Positions 17,520 through 24,415 of a stretch of DNA of 24,415 bases are shown here, in pieces. Under the pieces are notes generated by a model. That model saw only the letters and a program-made list of their open reading frames with translations, was not told where the DNA came from and did no database searches. The position numbers were made by a program, and so were the translations under genes. Source of the DNA: a virus (lineage: Duplodnaviria; Caudoviricetes); IMG/VR virus record IMGVR_UViG_3300017978_000358, positions 1 to 24,415 of that record; one strand, 5' to 3'. Positions within the stretch are counted from its first letter, which is position 1. Each line of letters opens with the position of its first letter.

Positions 17520-18015
17520 TCTCGGCTTCCCGGCGCTTGACGAGTCCCGGCAGGACTTTACCCCCGCCCTTGGTCCAAGCCCGGAATGCGTCGGCTGCAC
17601 CCTCCCAGTCGCCCCGGTTGGCACGCATGCGGATGGTGCTGCGCTGGAGGTTTCCTAACCCGAAATTGAAGGAAATAGAGACAAGAGCGTCGAAAGAGCC
17701 TTGACGCCCAACCACGCCGGGAACAAGACGAAGAACACCCCGTTCAAAAGTTCTGACGTCAGCGTGGAATAGTTCGTTGATTTCCGTCTTTGTCCAGACA
17801 CGGTTGTCCTCCGGTTTCAGCGGGAACTCGCTGCGGATCATGGGGATGTCTTCTTTGGTCTTGCCCGGTGGTCGAACCACGGGTAGCCTGATCTGCTCTT
17901 GGTACAGGACGTGGCCGTAGCCAATTGTCCAGATGTGGGCTGGGCAAAGGTAGGGGCGAGAGCGAAAGCCCTCGTACTTGTGCATCAAGTCTTCCCCTGC
18001 CTTGGAGAGCTTCAC
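17500..18015 (-). CDS. Endolysin, GH24 phage lysozyme (muramidase)
   Basis: Motif EGFRSRPYLCPAHIWTIGYGH (E-x8-C-x5-T triad), plus FDALVSISFNFG and GGKVLPGLVKRREAE. The likely start is GTG at 18015 (GTGA overlap with the holin stop) rather than TTG at 18027. There is no N-terminal SAR helix. Confidence 0.95.
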   Translation of the reverse strand: MKLSKAGEDLMHKYEGFRSRPYLCPAHIWTIGYGHVLYQEQIRLPVVRPPGKTKEDIPMIRSEFPLKPEDNRVWTKTEINELFHADVRTFERGVLRLVPGVVGRQGSFDALVSISFNFGLGNLQRSTIRMRANRGDWEGAADAFRAWTKGGGKVLPGLVKRREAEIALFLS

Positions 18016-18515
18016 TTCTTGCCCCAAGTCCTAGAGCCAAACCAAAAGCCCAAAATTCCCCCAAGCATAGCCATCTCGTCAGAGCTGAAGATCAGGTCGG
18101 AGTAGCGAATGATGTCGTCAATGCTGGTAATCAGGCCGGGGGTCCGGTACAGATACCAAGCCATGAAAGCATTGATCGCAACCAGCTCAATCACGAAGAT
18201 GTAGGTCACTGTGGGGCGCACGGTGCCTACGTAGCTGGACACCCATGTAGATGCCTTTTCAAGCACCTTGGCGTCGTGGGCCAGAGCCGCCTCAGTCATC
18301 CGGGCGTCGGTCTCCATCGCCACCTGCTCGGTGCGAATCTCCTCGACACGGGCCTGCGCGGCAAAGCCAGCAGCGGCCAGTTGCAGTTCACGCTCAGTCT
18401 GGACTTGGGCCAGTCGTAGCTCGTGCGCTTGGTCAGCTTTGTTCTGGAAGTACTCCAGCAGCTTGGGCAAGCCGGAGATCAGCAGACCTCCGAGAGTTGA
18501 AATGAGAGACAGCAT
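18012..18515 (-). CDS. Holin-like membrane protein, GTA holin 3TM-like family (167 aa)
   Basis: N-terminal hydrophobic helix and coiled coil, then ASTWV....VRPTVTY and a terminal ILGFWFGSR motif. RBS GGAGG. It lies directly upstream of the lysozyme. Confidence 0.7.
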   Translation of the reverse strand: MLSLISTLGGLLISGLPKLLEYFQNKADQAHELRLAQVQTERELQLAAAGFAAQARVEEIRTEQVAMETDARMTEAALAHDAKVLEKASTWVSSYVGTVRPTVTYIFVIELVAINAFMAWYLYRTPGLITSIDDIIRYSDLIFSSDEMAMLGGILGFWFGSRTWGKK

Positions 18516-18931
18516 CAGTTTCCTCCGGTTGTCACAACATCGTCGCCCTTGGCAACTGTTACCTTGTCGCCCTCGACCGTGACCTTCATGGGCTGCTCTT
18601 TGCGGTCCAGTCGGTCGAGCTTGTCGATCAACTGCTTCATGACCTCAAACTCAGGACGCTCTTGCTTGGGGTTGGCCCCAGCGACGCCGTTCAGCATGGA
18701 GATTAGAGCCGTGAGCGCAGCAGACACAAGGCCGATGACGGCAGCGATCTTGGACTCCTCTAGAACGATGCTCGCTCCGACCCCCACGATCACGATGGTC
18801 GTGATGTACAGAAGACCATGCTTGCCGACAGCTTTACCTGCCACCTCTTTGGCGCTGGAGTGCGCCTCCAGACGGTTTAACTCAGCACGCGCTTGCGCCT
18901 TGAGCATTTGAATTTCAGAGACTTCAGCCAT
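18515..18931 (-). CDS. Two-TM membrane protein in the lysis block (138 aa; holin/antiholin candidate)
   Basis: TM-like segments LLYITTIVIVGVGASIVL and IAAVIGLVSAALTALISML. RBS GAGG. TGATG overlap with the next gene. Confidence 0.65.
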   Translation of the reverse strand: MAEVSEIQMLKAQARAELNRLEAHSSAKEVAGKAVGKHGLLYITTIVIVGVGASIVLEESKIAAVIGLVSAALTALISMLNGVAGANPKQERPEFEVMKQLIDKLDRLDRKEQPMKVTVEGDKVTVAKGDDVVTTGGN

Positions 18932-18934
18932 ACA

Positions 18935-19027
18935 TCACCTCAGCAACGGGACAATAAAGTAAGCGCACCAGATGATGAGCGCAACAACGCAGACTGCCGC
19001 GACAAGAGCCTCGGCATAGTCTTTCAT
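18935..19027 (-). CDS. Unannotated 30-aa single-TM peptide MKDYAEALVAAVCVVALIIWCAYFIVPLLR
   Basis: Shorter than any ORF in the track. The ATG is 2 nt after the upstream TGA, and the ORF fills the gap almost exactly, with its TGA 3 nt before the next ATG. It has a hydrophobic core of about 22 residues. Confidence 0.7.
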   Translation of the reverse strand: MKDYAEALVAAVCVVALIIWCAYFIVPLLR

Positions 19028-19029
19028 GG

Positions 19030-19230
19030 TCAGATTCCAAAAATCTTTTTGACCATCTCAGCCGCAACGCCGGGGCCAAGAAGAACAGCAGCGATCACAG
19101 CGTACAGGAGGTACTCGATCTTGGTCATGCGCTTTTCACCAGCGTCAAGAGAGTGATTGATCTTCTCGTAACGCTGGGCGCAAACTGCCTCGTGAACTGA
19201 CATACGGGTCTCCATAGATTCATCCGACAT
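19030..19230 (-). CDS. Small coiled-coil plus C-terminal TM protein (XhlA/hemolysin-like or holin-like; ~66 aa)
   Basis: HEAVCAQRY..I...L..G..RM..IEYLLY followed by the TM segment AVIAAVLLGPGVAA. The probable start is ATG at 19230 after GAAGG. Confidence 0.65.
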   Translation of the reverse strand: MSDESMETRMSVHEAVCAQRYEKINHSLDAGEKRMTKIEYLLYAVIAAVLLGPGVAAEMVKKIFGI

Positions 19231-19247
19231 GACCAAACTACCTTCAA

Positions 19248-19766
19248 TCAGATACCGGGAGCAGCCGTGTTAACAGGTGCAACCACAGCCATCAATTCTT
19301 CCACCGTGGTGCAAGCAGCAATGGCAGCTTCCTTGGCGTTGCAGTCAGAAACGATCTGTGCACGTTCGGCTGCAATGGCTTCAGGGATGTCGATGCCACG
19401 CTCAAACTTGCGAGTCACGCACCAATCGGTTTGAGCCAAAGCAGAGCCAGCAGCAGCCTTGCACTGAGCAATCCACTGCGACTTGAGACCCTTAGTGGTC
19501 ACAGGCTCTGTCTGCCCTTCAGGTGTCTCAGTGACATCCTCAAGCGCCTTGGGTGTGTTGGTGTAGGTACGGGTCACTGTGGAGCCTGTTACCTCGTAGT
19601 GGCTGAACGTGACCCAATAGAAACGCTGGTCTTTTTGTTCACCCTCCACCACTTCCAAAGCGCCTTGCTCAGTGGCAAAGTCATGCGTTGGGTTGGATGT
19701 GTTGGGGAACAGGATGGACAGTTCACCGACTTGGGTGACTGCGTTGTTGTCGATCAGTGCGTACAT
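19248..19766 (-). CDS. Tail fibre assembly chaperone-like protein (172 aa)
   Basis: RBS TAAGGA. The C-terminal motif K..WI...K..AGS.LAQTDW.V.R..E....IP..IA..R resembles tail fibre assembly chaperones. It follows the receptor-binding gene. Confidence 0.6.
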   Translation of the reverse strand: MYALIDNNAVTQVGELSILFPNTSNPTHDFATEQGALEVVEGEQKDQRFYWVTFSHYEVTGSTVTRTYTNTPKALEDVTETPEGQTEPVTTKGLKSQWIAQCKAAAGSALAQTDWCVTRKFERGIDIPEAIAAERAQIVSDCNAKEAAIAACTTVEELMAVVAPVNTAAPGI

Positions 19767-19803
19767 GATGTTTCCTTATCGTGCAAATTTAATGAATGGC
19801 CTA

Positions 19804-22239
19804 TCAGCGGGCCAAACTAAACTTTTGTGGAGCAGAGGCAAAGGCTGCGAATATGTAGACGTTGCCATTGCCGTTTACGGCGGCATCAGTGCCACGAACC
19901 TTGAAGCCGTTTGACAAGAAGTCGATACCAATAGCACTGGCATCAACAAACTCAGCGCCAGATGTGTTGGGAGAAAGTTTTGCGTTGACCACGTTGCTAG
20001 GATTGCGTGTTCCGTCCTCCACAATCCAATCCACTGCGCCGCTTGTGTTTTTCACCATCACATACGCTGGCCTAAACCCACAGAACACAAACGGGCCATC
20101 AGCACTGCCATTGCCCGTCCAATTGCCGAACCTGCTGTAACCGGGGACTTCTGCGAAACAGTAGGCGACATAGTTGTTACCACTAGCGTTGTTTGTGCTG
20201 TCGTTCCACAACTCAATCGTTGAGCTATTGCCCGGACCTTGCGCTGCCCCTCCAAACGCGTTTGTTGTGTTGAGCAAAAGAAACGCTCTATTTCCGTAGG
20301 CTGCATTCAAGGCATGACCAAGCACAGCCCAATCAGCAGTGGCACTTCTATTTTTTACAAAATACATTGCCACGTTTCTGCCAAGGCCATGACCGACAGT
20401 TGCCCCCGCTGTTCCATTCCCTGTATAAGTCACCACACTAAACCCAGAGGTCGTGTTTGCGCTCACTGTGCTGGTGATGGAGCCTGCTGTGTTGGTCACA
20501 CCTGCGCCGTTGGCTTTCCAAGCCCAAGCAACGATATTGTCTCCGCTACCGTTTGTTGAGTTGTAGTTCGTTACAGGACCGAGAGAAAACCCGTCAGCAT
20601 CAAAAGACGCCAAGTCATTTCCCGCCGTGATGGTGACTTCTGCGCCTGTAGTGTTAGATGACAGACCAAAACCTCTAGTCATCACCGAGTTAAACAAGGC
20701 GTGCGCCCTTCCAAGGTTTCTTGACTTAAACCACAAGAAGTCTGGCTGGAAGCCAAGGCCGGAGATGGACTGATTAGCGTTATTGCCCGTGTACAGGGAA
20801 ATGTTGAAATACTTCCCCGCCTGAGTCGCTGTCGTTGCCCCAATCGTTGGAGTCGGCAGGTTCTGCGTGTTCAGTGCTTTGAAGCCTGATGGGGCTGTGT
20901 AAGCAAAGGGGCGTTGGCCGAAGTTGATAACTGCGCCTGTTGCACCAGTAGCACCAGAACCATCACCAATGCACGGAGTAAATGTTCCTGCCACCCCAAT
21001 GGTGTGCGTACCTTGCAGTGTGTTATTTTTGTAGAACGCTATTGTTCCGGCGTCCAAGTTCAGAGCCACGCCAATGACGTCCCCTGAGGCCCAAGACGCA
21101 CCCCAGCTAGATGTTGCACTGCCAAAATAAAACAAAGTTCCATCAAGGGAAAAATAGACTACACCGCTTACAGTTCCACTGGCATTGTTAGCTGCACTGG
21201 CGTCAATGATCCCTGTGGTGATTCGAGAAGCACCTGTCGAAACTACCTCCCAATACCACTTTCCATTTGAAACGCCGATTGTTCCTCGAGTGTCAAATGT
21301 TGAGCCTGCATCAGGTGTACTAACTTCCAGATTGCCATTACTCAAGGTGGCTGTACCAGAAGGCACATTTAACACCAGCGGATTTAACGTGCAGTAGTTC
21401 CCCCGCACACTCCCGCCCACACCAGTGTCCACGCCCCAGTTCGTTGGCACATCCACCAGAGAGTCATTACCAGCACCAGCACTTACGCTGAAGTTGTTGG
21501 GCGTCCAGTTGTTGCCGTTGCCTGAGTAGTCCTTGCCCAGAGTCGCAGCAGTGGTGTTGCTGCTGTCTGAGAAGTTGAGGTAGAAGCCGTTTGTGCCGTA
21601 AGACCCTGCGTACCGTGTTGGCCCCCACACACCTGTCTGAGCGTCAAATGCGCCAAACGATGAGGGTGTCAAGGCTTGACCGTCAATGAAGTTCACCTCG
21701 GTCAAATAACAATTTGAATAATAAGGAAACGATGGACTTGGAAAGTCCCATGACGAACCAATTGCGTTGGTGGCTGCGCCACACATAAAGTTATATGTTG
21801 CGTTTTGAGATGGATAGCTTGAACTGGCAAACGCAGTAATTTGGCTTCCATTGATATACAACTTCATCCTGTCTGTTGAAGTTGCTTGAGTTGAATCTAT
21901 TGAGCAAACAATGTGATACCACGCAGAAAAATCCCGAAATACAGCAGACGTTTTTATTTCCGCAGAACTTCCCCCTCCAAACGCCAAGACAATTTGATTG
22001 GACTCAACTCTAATATTGCTTGATGAGCCAGAACTTCCGTTGTAGCAATCAATAATTCTGTATTGATTTGTTGTCGTGCTAGATAGTTTTATCCACAATG
22101 AAATTGTGCATTTTGTTTGACTTGTGCCATTTGTTGAAAATGTGCGATTCAGGTAAGCACTGTCAGCACTGTTAAACCGCAGCGAACGCTGAATCTCGTA
22201 GCCGCCAGATAAAACTTGTGTTGTGTTTGAACTGAACAT
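19804..22239 (-). CDS. Receptor-binding / tail fibre tip protein: LamG (ConA-like) domain, SPRY-like domain and three [YW]TGN repeats (811 aa)
   Basis: LamG motifs SLRFN...TISLWIK...AWYHIVCSID...KLYING. Linker YGTNGFYLNF..LGKDYSGNGNNW. SPRY-like GKWYWEV...GDVIGVALNLDAGTIAFYKN...NFGQRPFAYTAPSGF. Repeats start YTGNNAN, YTGNGTA and WTGNGSA. Confidence 0.8.
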   Translation of the reverse strand: MFSSNTTQVLSGGYEIQRSLRFNSADSAYLNRTFSTNGTSQTKCTISLWIKLSSTTTNQYRIIDCYNGSSGSSSNIRVESNQIVLAFGGGSSAEIKTSAVFRDFSAWYHIVCSIDSTQATSTDRMKLYINGSQITAFASSSYPSQNATYNFMCGAATNAIGSSWDFPSPSFPYYSNCYLTEVNFIDGQALTPSSFGAFDAQTGVWGPTRYAGSYGTNGFYLNFSDSSNTTAATLGKDYSGNGNNWTPNNFSVSAGAGNDSLVDVPTNWGVDTGVGGSVRGNYCTLNPLVLNVPSGTATLSNGNLEVSTPDAGSTFDTRGTIGVSNGKWYWEVVSTGASRITTGIIDASAANNASGTVSGVVYFSLDGTLFYFGSATSSWGASWASGDVIGVALNLDAGTIAFYKNNTLQGTHTIGVAGTFTPCIGDGSGATGATGAVINFGQRPFAYTAPSGFKALNTQNLPTPTIGATTATQAGKYFNISLYTGNNANQSISGLGFQPDFLWFKSRNLGRAHALFNSVMTRGFGLSSNTTGAEVTITAGNDLASFDADGFSLGPVTNYNSTNGSGDNIVAWAWKANGAGVTNTAGSITSTVSANTTSGFSVVTYTGNGTAGATVGHGLGRNVAMYFVKNRSATADWAVLGHALNAAYGNRAFLLLNTTNAFGGAAQGPGNSSTIELWNDSTNNASGNNYVAYCFAEVPGYSRFGNWTGNGSADGPFVFCGFRPAYVMVKNTSGAVDWIVEDGTRNPSNVVNAKLSPNTSGAEFVDASAIGIDFLSNGFKVRGTDAAVNGNGNVYIFAAFASAPQKFSLAR

Positions 22240-22248
22240 TCAAGCCCC

Positions 22249-23229
22249 TTAGACGGTATATGCCTGCCCAGCAACCGAACCGTACCAATTTGAATCAGCA
22301 GCGGTGAACACAAACTTGTCCAGCTTGGATGCCGTGCTGGTGATCGTGGGTGCCGTGCCTCCGGGCCACTTCACAGCAGCGGGCCATGTCACTGTGCGTC
22401 CACCTGTACCGTCTTGCTTGAGCAGTAGGAAGAAGCTCTTGCCAGCAGTAGCTGTTGGGAATGTGAAGGTGCAGTTACCTGTCAAGGTCAGGATTTGCAC
22501 TGAACCGTTAGCCAAATCAATAGTGTAAGCCGTGCTGGTGTTGGCGGTCACAGTTTCTTCTGTGTAGCCGTTGGTGAACGTGCCAGCCTCGACGGTCTTG
22601 TTGGTCAGTGTTTCAGCCCCCGTCAACGTAGCAAGACCCGCAGCAGCAAAAGATGTTGCACCAATACCGCCGTTGGCAATCGGGAGAGTGCCTGTAACTT
22701 GCGTACTCAGACTTACGCCCGAAAGGGTTCCGCCTAAAGTTAAGTTGCCAGTGGACGTCACAGTGCCTGTGAGCGTAATGCCGTTTACCGTGCCCGTGCC
22801 GCCGACAGACGTGACGCCATCAGCGGTGCTGGTAGCGATCTTCACAAAGTCCGAACCGTTCCATGCAGCCAAGCATTTCTCGCCAGACACGATCGTCACG
22901 CCAGCGGTTGGGCCTGCGCCGCGCAGAACGACGGAGCCTGTGCCCGCGTTGATGACAATGTATGGTTTGCTCTGAGCAGGCGCTGTGATGTTGCGCGTCG
23001 TGGCTCCGTTGCTGGCCGTCCACAGAAGAACTGCCTGACGGGCTTGGTTAGCTGCAAGCACTGTAGTGGTCAACGTAACGTCCGAGTCTGCGCTCAGGGT
23101 AGTTGTACCCGCTACAGCGGAGTCCACCAGCGAGGTGATCGAGTCATTGACAACATCGCCCCATGTGCCATCGAGTTCGCCTTCAACCGGCAGCGCCAGT
23201 CCGAGCAGTGTGGTATTTCCTGTTGTCAT
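22249..23229 (-). CDS. Tail fibre protein (326 aa)
   Basis: N-terminal anchor (LGLALP..GE..GTWG..VN). Thr/Gly-rich shaft with VTSV and GTLPIANGG fibre repeats. C-terminal domain TIDLANG...TLTGN...KQDGTGGRTVTWP..VKWPGGTAPT. RBS CAGGAG. Confidence 0.75.
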   Translation of the reverse strand: MTTGNTTLLGLALPVEGELDGTWGDVVNDSITSLVDSAVAGTTTLSADSDVTLTTTVLAANQARQAVLLWTASNGATTRNITAPAQSKPYIVINAGTGSVVLRGAGPTAGVTIVSGEKCLAAWNGSDFVKIATSTADGVTSVGGTGTVNGITLTGTVTSTGNLTLGGTLSGVSLSTQVTGTLPIANGGIGATSFAAAGLATLTGAETLTNKTVEAGTFTNGYTEETVTANTSTAYTIDLANGSVQILTLTGNCTFTFPTATAGKSFFLLLKQDGTGGRTVTWPAAVKWPGGTAPTITSTASKLDKFVFTAADSNWYGSVAGQAYTV

Positions 23230-23988
23230 TTATGACTCCTGAGTAGCAACCGCCGTCCAAGCAGCCGATTGCGGATTTGTGATATTTTGCCAGTTAGCGT
23301 CTTGCGTGTCATCCACCGGCTCCCAGAAGTACCGCCCTGTTTGCGTCTCTGAAATCGCCGCTGTTTCTGTTCGGCTTGCGTTGTACGCAGTCTGTGCCGC
23401 CTCTTGCACGGTCAGCTCAGCCAACTCGTTGATTGACGCGACAAATGCAGCCGCCGCCTCTTGGGTCGCAGTAATTTCTGCCGATTCAGATACAGCCAAG
23501 CCATACGCCGCGCTGCCAGTTTCAGTGCTGGTCAGCTCCGCCGTTTCGCTGACTGTCTCATTGAAGAAGGACCCTACGGTTTCAGAATCTTCAATCAGCG
23601 CGGACTCATCCACCGACACAGCAAACGTGGCTGCAATTTGTTGATCCTCGGTCAGCGCCGCAGTTTCACTGACGGCCAGTGCAAACGTGGCGGCAACAAC
23701 TTGGGATTCCGAAATACCGGAGGTCTCCGCCACAGATACCCCGTATGCCACCGCAGCAGTCTGATCTTCGGTGATACCTGCGCTCTCTGTAACCGATTCA
23801 GCGTACCCGACCAAAACACTCTGGTCTTCGGCAATAGCCGCCGATTCAGTTACTGAGAAGGGAAAGGTGGCAACAACTGTTTGCGTCTCCGTGATTGAGA
23901 CGGACTCAGATACGCTGTCGCTGAAAGCAGTAATGCCGCCCCAGCCACCAGCGCCCCAAGCTCCTACGCCCCAAGCACGTCCGGCCAT
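23230..23988 (-). CDS. Acidic virion protein with ten 20-aa repeats (252 aa)
   Basis: N-terminal WGxGxWGxGxWG, ten tandem repeats and a Trp-spaced C-terminus. It contains no Lys, His or Cys. Confidence 0.75.
   Translation of the reverse strand: MAGRAWGVGAWGAGGWGGITAFSDSVSESVSITETQTVVATFPFSVTESAAIAEDQSVLVGYAESVTESAGITEDQTAAVAYGVSVAETSGISESQVVAATFALAVSETAALTEDQQIAATFAVSVDESALIEDSETVGSFFNETVSETAELTSTETGSAAYGLAVSESAEITATQEAAAAFVASINELAELTVQEAAQTAYNASRTETAAISETQTGRYFWEPVDDTQDANWQNITNPQSAAWTAVATQES
23329..23928 (-). repeat. Ten degenerate 60-bp (20-aa) coding tandem repeats
   Basis: Approximate consensus x[FY]xxSVxE[ST]AxIxExQxxxx, e.g. TFPFSVTESAAIAEDQSVLV, GYAESVTESAGITEDQTAAV, TFALAVSETAALTEDQQIAA. 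Confidence 0.9.
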
Positions 23989-23990
23989 GA

Positions 23991-24415
23991 TTAGGTCAGA
24001 GTGGCTGTGTACGTAACGGCAATCGAATCACCAGAAACAACCGCCTTTGAGCTGGAGAAATCGCCAGCCGAGAACAGTGTGCCTGTGGTGTTGTCGATTG
24101 TTGCGCTACCACCAATGTTGATGAAGCAGCCAGCGACCGTGCCCGTCGATGTGATCGAGAAGCTGGAAGCGGAAGATGTAGTCTTGCTACCAGCAGAGGC
24201 GGCACTGAATGTTGGGGTCTTGCGGTTGCCAGAATACGTAGGGGCGTTGGCCAGACCCACTTCCAACCAGCTCGCGTGCGAGGACTGTGTGTCTGCTGCA
24301 ACCGCAGTGCCAGTACCTTTCAACCCCATCACGACAGCGCCAGCAGCAGAGTTGCCCAAAATGGTGTCCAGCGTCAGGTTCTTGCCCACGGTTGTGACCA
24401 AGTTTTTGATGTCGT
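23991..24415 (-). CDS. Beta-rich virion structural protein (5'-truncated by the window edge)
   Basis: The frame stays open to the window end (DIKNLVTTVGKN...). Ser/Thr/Gly-rich, with a GTLFSAGDF....V.SGD.I.VTY ending typical of small phage tail/decoration proteins. Confidence 0.7.
   Translation of the reverse strand, partial: DIKNLVTTVGKNLTLDTILGNSAAGAVVMGLKGTGTAVAADTQSSHASWLEVGLANAPTYSGNRKTPTFSAASAGSKTTSSASSFSITSTGTVAGCFINIGGSATIDNTTGTLFSAGDFSSSKAVVSGDSIAVTYTATLT

Noticed and set aside
17759-18064. Alternative-frame ORF over the lysozyme as an embedded Rz1-like spanin
   Set aside because: It has no signal peptide with a lipobox cysteine, and the sequence looks like an off-frame translation.
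22665-22695. IANGG in the tail fibre as another copy of the AxGG motif
   Set aside because: It belongs to the common GTLP[IV]ANGG[TI]G tail-fibre shaft repeat, a different context.
19804-23229. Diversity-generating retroelement or invertible tail-fibre cassette
   Set aside because: I saw no reverse transcriptase, recombinase, TR/VR repeat pair or flanking inverted repeats in the window. This was judged by eye; a dot-plot would be decisive.
55-24415. Stop-codon reassignment (no minus-strand gene ends in TAG)
   Set aside because: Genes are full length and tightly packed under the standard code, so no readthrough is needed. TAG is commonly the rarest stop.
1-24415. tRNA, rRNA, CRISPR array, integrase, IS element, intron or intein
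   Set aside because: Coding density is near complete, the largest gap is 63 bp, and I saw no such signatures.

Overview
This window is the late (virion and lysis) module of a tailed dsDNA phage, most likely a podovirus with a P22-like tail/ejection gene order. Sixteen genes lie head-to-tail on the minus strand. In transcription order (right to left) they are: a truncated virion protein; an acidic protein with ten 20-aa repeats; a tail fibre; an 811-aa LamG/SPRY receptor-binding protein; a fibre chaperone; a lysis block (four membrane proteins and a GH24 lysozyme, with no visible spanin); a 696-aa tail hub/nozzle; a C1q/TNF-like tail needle candidate; three internal virion/ejection proteins; and a 3044-aa giant polyvalent protein (hydrophobic N-terminus, long coiled coil, HExxH metallopeptidase, LPD38-like C-terminus). 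A small convergent plus-strand gene ends at position 80. The most interesting signals are a repeated [M/Y/L]AxGG motif shared by the three ejection proteins, clustered beta-clamp-binding-like motifs in the giant protein, a possible fossil C-terminus behind the mosaic receptor-binding gene, an unannotated 30-aa membrane peptide in the lysis block, and two internal promoters with the same geometry. Family assignments come from motif recognition and gene order only; no database searches were run.
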